Origin: a virus
Strand: one strand, 5' to 3'
DNA length: 36,768 nt
Virus record (IMG/VR): IMGVR_UViG_3300045988_160268
Span: 1-36,768 of that record
Position numbers and translations under genes: made by a program. The first letter of the stretch is position 1. Each line of letters opens with the position of its first letter. Positions 28,296 to 35,502 of the stretch are shown piece after piece. The notes under the pieces are model-generated. The model saw only the letters and a list, made by a program, of their open reading frames with translations. It was not told the origin of the DNA and did not search any database.

Positions 28296-28484
28296 TTACT
28301 CCTCCTTACTCTTCTCATTCACTATTTCTTTTAAATTATCTATCTCAACTATTTTTTCTCTTATTTGCATATCTTTTATTTTCAATCTTCTTACATAAAG
28401 TGCTGTTTCAACTATTGTTAAAATTAATATTATTATTAACATTATTGTTAGTTCTTTTAATATTTTTTGTGAATTTTCAGCCAT
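28296..28484 (-). CDS. small membrane protein
   Basis: Hydrophobic LTIMLIIILILTIVETAL. Confidence 0.45.
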   Translation of the reverse strand: MAENSQKILKELTIMLIIILILTIVETALYVRRLKIKDMQIREKIVEIDNLKEIVNEKSKEE

Positions 28485-28497
28485 ATTCTCAATCCTT

Positions 28498-28827
28498 TCA
28501 TTTGACTATTCTTAGCTCCAAATCTGGATAAACTTTTTCAAATATTTTATGTTTTAATTTAAATACATCTGTCTGCATTCCTTTTACATCTTCTACTATT
28601 GTTTTGCCATTTTCTATATATTGAAAGTCTGCTATATATTCAATTTTTCTAAAAGTTTTACCATTTTTCTTAAAACTATCTTGTAATAAAAATCGTGGTT
28701 GTAATTTCAAGTTGCTTATTTCTCCGGCTCTTTCTAGTAATTTTAATTCTTTATACCTTCTACTTTCTTGCACACTATCAAAGATATAATCATCTACTAT
28801 TACTTTTTTATTTCTGTATTTGTTCAT
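28498..28827 (-). CDS. DUF1064-like RecU/VRR-type nuclease
   Basis: NKYRNKKVIVDDYIFDSVQESRRYKELKLLERAGEISNLKLQPRF...EYIADFQYIENGKTIVEDVKG. Confidence 0.85.
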   Translation of the reverse strand: MNKYRNKKVIVDDYIFDSVQESRRYKELKLLERAGEISNLKLQPRFLLQDSFKKNGKTFRKIEYIADFQYIENGKTIVEDVKGMQTDVFKLKHKIFEKVYPDLELRIVK

Positions 28828-29206
28828 CTTTTGCCTCCAGTCTGTCTAATATATTAGTTCTGTTATTATATTTTCCTTCTCTCTTTTCTACCGCTTCTAT
28901 GCCTTTGATTGCTCCAATTATATCTTTCTCGATAAATTTATTATTATATTTCCTTGTTAAATTATCTCTTATAGTACTTAATTTATCTAAATCATTTTTA
29001 ATTTTTCTCCTTTTTAGTCTAATTTCTTTTAACAATTTTCCTACCTTCGCATATCCTGAAGCATTCAAGTTATTATTTTCAATATAATGCAATATATCTT
29101 GTTGTTCTAAATCTACATTACTTAATTCTTGTAATATATCGTTAATTTCTTGGTCGATACTTGTAAAAAATTTATGCATATATTTTAATAAATCTTCTAC
29201 TTCCAT
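28808..29206 (-). CDS. coiled-coil phage protein
   Basis: ORF in early operon. Confidence 0.4.
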   Translation of the reverse strand: MEVEDLLKYMHKFFTSIDQEINDILQELSNVDLEQQDILHYIENNNLNASGYAKVGKLLKEIRLKRRKIKNDLDKLSTIRDNLTRKYNNKFIEKDIIGAIKGIEAVEKREGKYNNRTNILDRLEAKDEQIQK

Positions 29207-29363
29207 ATTTTCTCCTGTATTCCTAAAATTTTTTTGATTTCTTTTATACGGTCTTCTGCATAATCACATTCATTTGTCCCTTTAAAGTTCGGGGCTTCTA
29301 ACCTCATGCATCCGACCACATTTTACACATTTACCGTTCTAACGGTGGATAATTATATTCCAT
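29197..29363 (-). CDS. 54-aa Cys-rich protein encoded across three frame segments; two +1 shifts at CGG give MEYNYPPLEGKCVKCGGCMRLEAPNFKGTNECDYAEDRIKEIKKILGIQEKIWK
   Basis: ATG at 29363; segments 29363-29337, 29335-29315, 29313-29197 joined by skipping C29336 and C29314; no uninterrupted frame exists. Confidence 0.7.
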
Positions 29364-29366
29364 AAG

Positions 29367-29621
29367 CTAATCCAATCTTGGTATATGACTCATATTTTGA
29401 GCTACCATATCCTCTAAATAATATTTTTTAAAACTCACATCTTCTCCAAATCTATTCTTCTTTTTTACCCATTCTGTTGTAAATTCGTATCCTTCCTTTT
29501 TTAGCTGATCTATTCTTGCTCCTAACTGCATTATTCCTAAATCCTGATAAGCTTCCCAACTTGTTATACTTCCAAATTGCCTGATGTAGTTTATAATCCT
29601 GTCTTTTTGAGTTATTTTCAT
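29367..29621 (-). CDS. winged-helix DNA-binding phage protein
   Basis: KITQKDRIINYIRQFGSITSWEAYQDLGIMQLGARIDQLKKEGYEF. Confidence 0.75.
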   Translation of the reverse strand: MKITQKDRIINYIRQFGSITSWEAYQDLGIMQLGARIDQLKKEGYEFTTEWVKKKNRFGEDVSFKKYYLEDMVAQNMSHIPRLD

Positions 29622-29637
29622 TTGTTTATCACCTCAA

Positions 29638-30202
29638 TTATTTAAATCTTTTATCTATACTCATTAATTCCATAAATAATTTATCCTGTTCTTCTGAAGT
29701 CAATAAATTATACTCATTGCAATTTTTGCATTGTGATATAATTTTTATTCTTTCGTTTGCATGTGCATTTTCAATTTTCTTTTTATATTTATTTAATAAA
29801 TTAATATAAATATCTTTATCTAGTCTTAGTCTATTTATGTCTACGGTATTAACTACTGTTTTTACTCCGCTTTTCACTACTCTTTATACTACTGTTTATA
29901 CTACTATTTGTACTTTCAAAATTGTAAGTACAAATTTTATATCTATTAGGACTTCCTTTTTTCCCTTTTTGATATTCAAATAATCCTGCATCTATTAATT
30001 TATCTCTATATGATATGAACGTAGCTTCACGTTTCACATCTAAGAGTGCCATCAATCTTTGGTTATCTACTGTAACCCATTCACTCCACCCACATTTATT
30101 GAATAAGTGTATTATTTTATACCATAACAATTGTGATGAGCTTGGCAAATAGTTAGTTTCGAGCCATCGTTCGAAAGCATTAATTAAATCTATATAGCTC
30201 AT
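29638..30202 (-). CDS. replication initiator-like (DnaD N-terminal-like winged helix) protein, split across frames; 187 aa if C at 29869 is skipped
   Basis: ORF 30202-29849 and +1 ORF ending at 29638; joined ...SSINSSIKSSEK-GVKTVVNTVDINRLRLDKDIYIN... Confidence 0.75.
29838..29909. repeat. about six imperfect 12-nt tandem repeats (AGTAGTATAAAC-type on minus strand)
   Basis: AGTAGTATAAAC/AGTAGTATAAAG/AGTAGTGAAAAG/CGGAGTAAAAAC/AGTAGTTAATAC/CGTAGACATAAA. Confidence 0.75.
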
Positions 30203-30267
30203 TGCGTTTCTCCTTTTGTAAAATAAAGGGATAAAACTTATGTCTTATCCCTGTTGTCTAATATTTT

Positions 30268-30549
30268 TTATAAATAACTTTTTCCAATTAATCTTATAAA
30301 TTCTTTTCTTGTATGATTTTTTTCATATTCTTTTTGATATACTTTTTTTAATTTTAAATCCATGTCTCTGTTGTAATGTACAGAATTATTAGACATATTA
30401 TGTTCTTTGTGGCATAAACCAGCACAGAATCCATTTTCAATTGAAATTTGCCTATTAGCTGTACCATAAAAAACCTCATGAATACACTCCGCTGGTCTTC
30501 CACAAAAGAAACATTTATCTAGATTGTTTAATATTGAATATCGTTTCAT
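30268..30549 (-). CDS. zinc-finger/HNH-like small phage protein
   Basis: CFFCGRPAECIHEVFYGTANRQISIENGFCAGLCHKEHNM. Confidence 0.65.
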   Translation of the reverse strand: MKRYSILNNLDKCFFCGRPAECIHEVFYGTANRQISIENGFCAGLCHKEHNMSNNSVHYNRDMDLKLKKVYQKEYEKNHTRKEFIRLIGKSYL

Positions 30550-31022
30550 TTCTTATCCCATTCTTTCAATAAACTATCTATTTCTACTTGCGATTTTGTT
30601 TCAATATTTAGACTTTTAGCTAATTCAACTAATAAATTTATTAATAAACTCATTTCTTTGCTATCATACGTCGAACTTCCATAGTAACAATGTACTTTAA
30701 CACATTTATCCTTTCTGCTTACTTCTTGTACTAAAAATCCTATTCCTTGCTTTTTCCATATTCTTTTGAACTTTTCAAATGCTTTTTTTTCAACTATCAA
30801 TGGTTCAAATGAACCTATCTGTAATATCCCATCTTGATAAATTTTTTCCTTTGTTATAATGTTTCCATCTTTACTTAACTCTTTGGCTATTTTGTCACAT
30901 AAAACCCAACAATAAGCATTACTATCTAAACTTCGTTTTTTTCTATATTCTTTTAGTTCAAACTGTTTATCTTTTGCTTGTTCAAGTAAGTATGTTATTA
31001 TTTTGTTACTTGTTCCTATCAT
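30546..31022 (-). CDS. NinB-like recombination protein candidate
   Basis: KKRSLDSNAYCWVLCDKIAKEL architecture seen in phage NinB-like proteins. Confidence 0.45.
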   Translation of the reverse strand: MIGTSNKIITYLLEQAKDKQFELKEYRKKRSLDSNAYCWVLCDKIAKELSKDGNIITKEKIYQDGILQIGSFEPLIVEKKAFEKFKRIWKKQGIGFLVQEVSRKDKCVKVHCYYGSSTYDSKEMSLLINLLVELAKSLNIETKSQVEIDSLLKEWDKK

Positions 31023-31589
31023 CTAATCACTTACCTTTGCTTTGAAATCATTTACAATATTCATATAATCTTTAATTTTAATTTCTTTAGTACTTTTATA
31101 TCCATACTGACTAAGTATTAATTTCACTACATTACTATCAATTTTGTTATTTTGTATTGCTAGATTTAAACTTTCTATCATCTTTTTATCTATCATTTTT
31201 TCACTATCTTGTTGTGTTAGTGCATTCGCTACTTCTTCTGCACTTGCTATTGATGTATCTATTCCAAATCCTGCCATTCCTAATGCTCTTCCAACCGCTG
31301 ATGTCTCACAGTTTTCTATATAGCTTGTCTTATTTATAAATGAACTATTTTCTTTTTCATATGCTGTTCCTGTTCCTAAAACTTTTCCTTTATCATCTTT
31401 TATAGTTGCTTTAAATATGCATATACCACTTTCATTATTAATTAATTCTGTTTCTATACTTCCTTGTGGGTATAACATTCTAAATGCTTTTATTCTTTGA
31501 TTTACTTCAATATAAGCCTTTCCTTTTATATTTGTTGTTAATAAAGTTCTATTCACTTTATCTATATCTTCAAATTTAATATCTGCCAT
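31023..31589 (-). CDS. conserved phage protein, possibly ssDNA-annealing/recombination related
   Basis: GKAYIEVNQRIKAFRMLYPQGSIETE...SYIENCETSAVGRALGMAGFGIDTSIASAEEV. Confidence 0.6.
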   Translation of the reverse strand: MADIKFEDIDKVNRTLLTTNIKGKAYIEVNQRIKAFRMLYPQGSIETELINNESGICIFKATIKDDKGKVLGTGTAYEKENSSFINKTSYIENCETSAVGRALGMAGFGIDTSIASAEEVANALTQQDSEKMIDKKMIESLNLAIQNNKIDSNVVKLILSQYGYKSTKEIKIKDYMNIVNDFKAKVSD

Positions 31590-31590
31590 A

Positions 31591-31815
31591 TTATTCTTCC
31601 TCCATTACTCTTTTTACCCAATTTCCACTGAAAAACCATTCTACTGTTTCTTTTATATTTTCTATTTGTTCTATTGTCATTTCTCCATTTTCACCTCTGG
31701 GTTCTATAGTCACACCTAATTCATTTAATGCATATTCTTTCGCTGCAAAATCTTCTACAACTTCATTTGTTTTTATGTTTTCATATTGATATTTCATTTT
31801 TTTCTCCTTTGACAT
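31591..31815 (-). CDS. hypothetical phage protein
   Basis: ORF in early operon. Confidence 0.5.
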   Translation of the reverse strand: MSKEKKMKYQYENIKTNEVVEDFAAKEYALNELGVTIEPRGENGEMTIEQIENIKETVEWFFSGNWVKRVMEEE

Positions 31816-31871
31816 ATCTACTTTTTCATGCTAAAATATAAGCAGATATGAATTTATCTAAGTTATTTGAA

Positions 31872-32183
31872 TTAGTTTTGATTTGACTGTCTAACTAATT
31901 CTTTTATTTTACTTAAAATTACTTTTTCGTTGTTATATGTATTTGCTGTTGCAACTCTTGTTATTCTTTCTATAAACTCTTTTTGTTCTTCATTTTCAAA
32001 TCTAAGCTCTTTATTTTCTTCATATACTGCTAAATTTTCTTTTGTTAATTCTTCGTTTTTTGTTTGTAAGTCTGCAATTAATATATTTCTTTCTTCTATT
32101 TTGTTCTCTGCTTCTCTTAATGCTTTTCTGCTTTCATTTACTAAACTTTGTAATTCTTTTGTTTTTCTAAACATTCTTATCAA
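31872..32183 (-). CDS. coiled-coil phage protein
   Basis: Heptad-rich ORF. Confidence 0.45.
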   Translation of the reverse strand: MIRMFRKTKELQSLVNESRKALREAENKIEERNILIADLQTKNEELTKENLAVYEENKELRFENEEQKEFIERITRVATANTYNNEKVILSKIKELVRQSNQN

Positions 32184-32191
32184 CTCCTTTC

Positions 32192-32220
32192 TTGTGAATT
32201 TTGGAAAAATACTATATAAT
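32192..32220 (+). promoter_or_regulatory. promoter TTGTGA-N17-TATAAT for the plus-strand moron
   Basis: -35 at 32192-32197, -10 at 32215-32220. Confidence 0.6.
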
Positions 32221-32244
32221 ATCCTCGAAAGTGAGGTTATTATT

Positions 32245-32931
32245 ATGAAAATAACATATAATGGAATATTATATAATGGATATAGTTCTCATATTACTAT
32301 TGATGAACCTTCAGAATGTCCAGTATGTAAACACTCTTTAAAACCTTCTATCCTTAATACAGAAATTATTAAGGACAATAATTCCACTCCATTTATGTAT
32401 GTAACATATTTGTGTACTAATTGTTTTAATCCATTTATTTGCAAATTTTCTGACATAGAAAAAATATCAGGAAATTATTCTTATTCTTTTAATAAGCTTG
32501 ATTCAATAGAACCTCAAAAATTTAAAAAAGCAAATTTTGAAGAATGTATAAATAATATATCTTCTAATTTCGTAACAATATATAATCAAGCTCTAGAAGC
32601 AGAACACTATAAACTTAATGAAATATCAGGTATCGGATATCGAAAAGCTTTAGAATTTCTTATAAAAGATTTTCTTATATCCCATGAACACAAAGATGAA
32701 AACAAAGTTAAGTCTACTGCTCTTGGTTGTTGTATAGATACAATGATTGATAATCCTCAACTAAAAACAGTTGCTTCTCGTGCCACTTGGCTTGGCAATG
32801 ACCAAACCCACTATGAGCAAAAATATACTGATAAAGATATTAGTGACTTAAAAAGATTAATTGAATTATCTGTTCATTGGATTACTATAATTTGCTTAAC
32901 TGATGAAGCTGAAAATATAGAGAAGAAATAG
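32245..32931 (+). CDS. DUF4145-like protein (228 aa) with N-terminal Cys-pair domain; moron
   Basis: CPVCKHSLKPSIL...YLCTNCFNPF; EISGIGYRKALEFLIKDFLI...GNDQTHYEQKYTDKDISDLKRLIELSVHW; opposite strand to neighbours. Confidence 0.7.
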   Translation: MKITYNGILYNGYSSHITIDEPSECPVCKHSLKPSILNTEIIKDNNSTPFMYVTYLCTNCFNPFICKFSDIEKISGNYSYSFNKLDSIEPQKFKKANFEECINNISSNFVTIYNQALEAEHYKLNEISGIGYRKALEFLIKDFLISHEHKDENKVKSTALGCCIDTMIDNPQLKTVASRATWLGNDQTHYEQKYTDKDISDLKRLIELSVHWITIICLTDEAENIEKK

Positions 32932-33147
32932 TTATTTTTCTTCTTTTTTTGTTCCTATTTCAAATTCTATATTATAACGTTCTAAATCATTTAAAACTGA
33001 TGCTAACTGATTTGAAAGTTCTATTGCATTATTTATTTTATTTTTTAATGTTGGTATATCTGATGTTTGTAAATATATTTTATCTTTATTTGAAAACATT
33101 TTTCTTTTCCTCCTAATAAATAGTATTTTGTAAAAATCCATATACAA
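32932..33147 (-). CDS. small phage protein; likely starts at internal MFSNKDKIYLQ
   Basis: ORF track. Confidence 0.45.
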   Translation of the reverse strand: MYMDFYKILFIRRKRKMFSNKDKIYLQTSDIPTLKNKINNAIELSNQLASVLNDLERYNIEFEIGTKKEEK

Positions 33148-33253
33148 ACATTGCTGTCATTGTTGCATTAAACAAGATTGCCACTGTAACTTTTCCTATA
33201 AATGCATATACTTTATTTGAATCTAATTTAAAATTTTTCCAACTTTTTTTCAT
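33113..33253 (-). CDS. 46-aa membrane protein MKKSWKNFKLDSNKVYAFIGKVTVAILFNATMTAMFVYGFLQNTIY (not in ORF track)
   Basis: Open frame with TM segment filling the gap. Confidence 0.5.
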   Translation of the reverse strand: MKKSWKNFKLDSNKVYAFIGKVTVAILFNATMTAMFVYGFLQNTIY

Positions 33254-33270
33254 TTGTTTCCACCTCTTTC

Positions 33271-33519
33271 TTAAACGTTTTTCAACCATTTTTCAAATTT
33301 GCTTTTGATTATTAAGTAATTCCATTGTCCTGTTTTCCCTTGAAATGCAATTCCAAATGGAAATTTATCTTGCCTTAATGCTGCTCTAACTCCCTCGACA
33401 CTCATTTTTAGTATTGGTGCTATATCAGTGGGAGTTAATCTTTCTACTTCTTCGTTTTTGTCTTCCATATTCTCACCTTCTTTCTTTTTTAGTATCGGGT
33501 TGTGGTTATTTTTGTTCAA
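33271..33519 (-). CDS. excisionase-like small HTH protein; probable real start MEDKNEEV
   Basis: LTPTDIAPILKMSVEGVRAALRQDKFPFGIAFQGKTGQWNYLIIKSKFEKWL. Confidence 0.7.
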   Translation of the reverse strand: MNKNNHNPILKKKEGENMEDKNEEVERLTPTDIAPILKMSVEGVRAALRQDKFPFGIAFQGKTGQWNYLIIKSKFEKWLKNV

Positions 33520-33709
33520 ATAAATACTCTATAGTTTTATCTTGAAAATAGTTTTTCTTTAATAAAAACATCTCTCTTTTATTCCATTCAGTCTTCCCTG
33601 AGAATTTATTTCTAAGAGTTTCATAAGATAAATTCAATTCAGTATCTTTAGAAAGATCCATTATCGTTAAATCTTTTCTTGCCATCTCTGCTTTTAAATT
33701 TTCAAACAT
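33506..33709 (-). CDS. Cro-like XRE regulator
   Basis: LKAEMARKDLTIMDLSKDTELNLSYETLRNKFSGKTEW. Confidence 0.75.
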   Translation of the reverse strand: MFENLKAEMARKDLTIMDLSKDTELNLSYETLRNKFSGKTEWNKREMFLLKKNYFQDKTIEYLFEQK

Positions 33710-33725
33710 TTCATCGCCTCCTTTT

Positions 33726-33739
33726 TACGATATTTCGTA
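33726..33739. promoter_or_regulatory. operator-like palindrome TACGATATTTCGTA
   Basis: Shares consensus with 33758-33771 in the divergent regulator region. Confidence 0.6.
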
Positions 33740-33751
33740 ATTTCTGATATA

Positions 33752-33780
33752 ATAATATACGAAGTTTCGTAGTTTGTCAA
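33752..33780 (-). promoter_or_regulatory. early promoter TTGACA-N17-TATTAT with operator TACGAAGTTTCGTA (33758-33771) filling the spacer
   Basis: -35 at 33780-33775, -10 at 33757-33752. Confidence 0.75.
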
Positions 33781-33812
33781 TAGTTTTTTTACATTTTTTT
33801 CGTAATTTTTTA

Positions 33813-33841
33813 TTTACAATACAAAAAAAATTTGTTATAAT
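33813..33841 (+). promoter_or_regulatory. repressor promoter TTTACA-N17-TATAAT
   Basis: -35 at 33813-33818, -10 at 33836-33841, 15 nt before ATG 33857. Confidence 0.65.
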
Positions 33842-33856
33842 GCTAATTGAAAGGAT

Positions 33857-34195
33857 TTGGAAAAAATGGATTTAACAGAAAAATTACAATTTTTAATGAA
33901 AAAAAATAATATAAAAAATATTTCTCAATTATCAAAAGAAACTAATATTCCATACACTACATTAAAAAGTATATTTGATGGAGATGTTAACGATATTAGA
34001 CTAAGCACTTCAAGAAAATTATCTGACTTCTTTAAGATTACATTAGATGAATTACTTGATGATGATATTTCTTTAAACGAAAACTTTAGATTTGCTTCCT
34101 ATAATGGAATCAATACAGATGAACTTGATGAAAATGATATAGAAGAAATAAACAGATTTGTCGAGTTTATAAAAAATAAAAAGAAAAAAAAATAA
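33857..34195 (+). CDS. CI-like XRE repressor
   Basis: LQFLMKKNNIKNISQLSKETNIPYTTLKSIFDGDVNDIRLSTSRKLSDFFKITLDEL. Confidence 0.85.
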   Translation: MEKMDLTEKLQFLMKKNNIKNISQLSKETNIPYTTLKSIFDGDVNDIRLSTSRKLSDFFKITLDELLDDDISLNENFRFASYNGINTDELDENDIEEINRFVEFIKNKKKKK

Positions 34196-34207
34196 TGGAG
34201 AGATTTT

Positions 34208-34912
34208 ATGAATTTATCTAATCTTTTTAAAGTTGATAACACTGAACTAGCATATCAACTTTTTGAAACACAAATGCTTGGTGGGAATGTGAACAAAAAA
34301 TATAAATATTCTGTAAATAAAGTTTTAAAAGAATGTACACCAAAAGGTGACTTATACCCTGAAAGGCAACAGGTTTTATTAAAAATCATAGATTTAATTG
34401 GAGATCCTAAAACGCCAAAGGAAAGATTTATAGTTGCAAAAACTTACGCTTGGTCAAGAGCAGAATATAGAAATGATGCAATTCAGTATTTAGAGCTTTA
34501 TTTAAATAATCCTTTATATAAAGAAGCTTATATTAATAATGGTTATGATACTCCTGAAAAGAATAAATTACACCACCTAAGTGAAATGTATGGATATCTA
34601 GGAAAGGCATATATAGGTGAATATGATTTTGACAAAGCCTTATCTACTTACGAATATATGATTAATATATTCCCTGAAAATCCATCTGCTTATATGGGAA
34701 AATGTGAAACATTAATTAAACAAAATGAGTTATCAAAATGTTATGATTGGTTACTTAATTGTAAAAAGCTGCCCTATTATAAGCTTAATAAACAAAATGG
34801 AAAAACAGAAGAAGAAAATTGGTTTCATTTTACAATAAATAGATTAATAAAAGATGTCAAAGAAAAAATAGATAAGGGATATATTTACAGGCCTAGAAAA
34901 AATAAAAAATAA
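34208..34912 (+). CDS. TPR-repeat cytosolic protein in the lysogeny operon
   Basis: LHHLSEMYGYLGKAYIGEYDFDKALSTYEYMINIFPENPSAYMGKCETLIKQNELSKCYDWLL. Confidence 0.75.
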   Translation: MNLSNLFKVDNTELAYQLFETQMLGGNVNKKYKYSVNKVLKECTPKGDLYPERQQVLLKIIDLIGDPKTPKERFIVAKTYAWSRAEYRNDAIQYLELYLNNPLYKEAYINNGYDTPEKNKLHHLSEMYGYLGKAYIGEYDFDKALSTYEYMINIFPENPSAYMGKCETLIKQNELSKCYDWLLNCKKLPYYKLNKQNGKTEEENWFHFTINRLIKDVKEKIDKGYIYRPRKNKK

Positions 34913-34927
34913 TAAGAGGATTGACTA

Positions 34928-35341
34928 ATGGAAGTTTTAGATATGTATAAAATTGCTGAGAATGAAAAAATAGACATTTTAAATTATAAGTGGTCAAATA
35001 CCAAGGCTAGAATATTTGAAATCAATAACAACTATTATATCGCTTTAGACAACAAACAAATAGACAATAGTATTGAAGAAAAAGAAATTTTAGCTGAAGA
35101 ACTTGGGCATTATTATTGCAATGCTTTATATTATCTTGATTCTGACAATATACAAAAGAAAAAATGTGAATATAGAGCAATTAAGTGGGCTTATTCTGTT
35201 TTGGTTCCGCTTCAAAAACTAAAAGAAAAACTCACACAAGGTTTAGACTTGTACGAGCTATCGGACTACTTCAATGTAGATTGCAAATATATGATTGAAT
35301 GTATTAACTTCTATGTCGAAAAATACGGTATATTAGTTTAA
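34928..35341 (+). CDS. ImmA/IrrE-like protein
   Basis: EEKEILAEELGHYYCNALYYLD...RAIKWAYSVLVPLQKLKEKL...LYELSDYFNVDCKYM. Confidence 0.75.
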   Translation: MEVLDMYKIAENEKIDILNYKWSNTKARIFEINNNYYIALDNKQIDNSIEEKEILAEELGHYYCNALYYLDSDNIQKKKCEYRAIKWAYSVLVPLQKLKEKLTQGLDLYELSDYFNVDCKYMIECINFYVEKYGILV

Positions 35342-35502
35342 TATAAATAAAAAAGGAATAGATGTAATCAAATCACCACAACCCGATACATTTATTCCCT
35401 GCAAACACTATTAAAAGTGAATGTATTAATATTATATATAAAATGCCTTCACTTTTCAATAGTTTATTAAAAATAAATTATAAAAACGGATGTATTTTTA
35501 TT

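Noticed and set aside
29898-29933. TGTACTT...AAGTACA inverted repeat
   Set aside because: Lies inside the initiator-like coding sequence with AT-rich arms; no independent evidence for a function
26339-30202. Treating the split genes simply as decayed pseudogenes or random sequencing errors
   Set aside because: Kept as the main alternative, but every frame change coincides with a CGG codon otherwise absent from intact genes, always to +1 and always to Gly
31930-32244. N-terminal 105 residues of the plus-strand ORF 31930-32931
   Set aside because: Antisense to the minus-strand coiled-coil gene; promoter and real start at 32245 indicate a 228-aa protein
35443-35502. Integrase start at 35443
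   Set aside because: The conserved integrase N-terminus begins at MKIIKKRANGKGS (35503)
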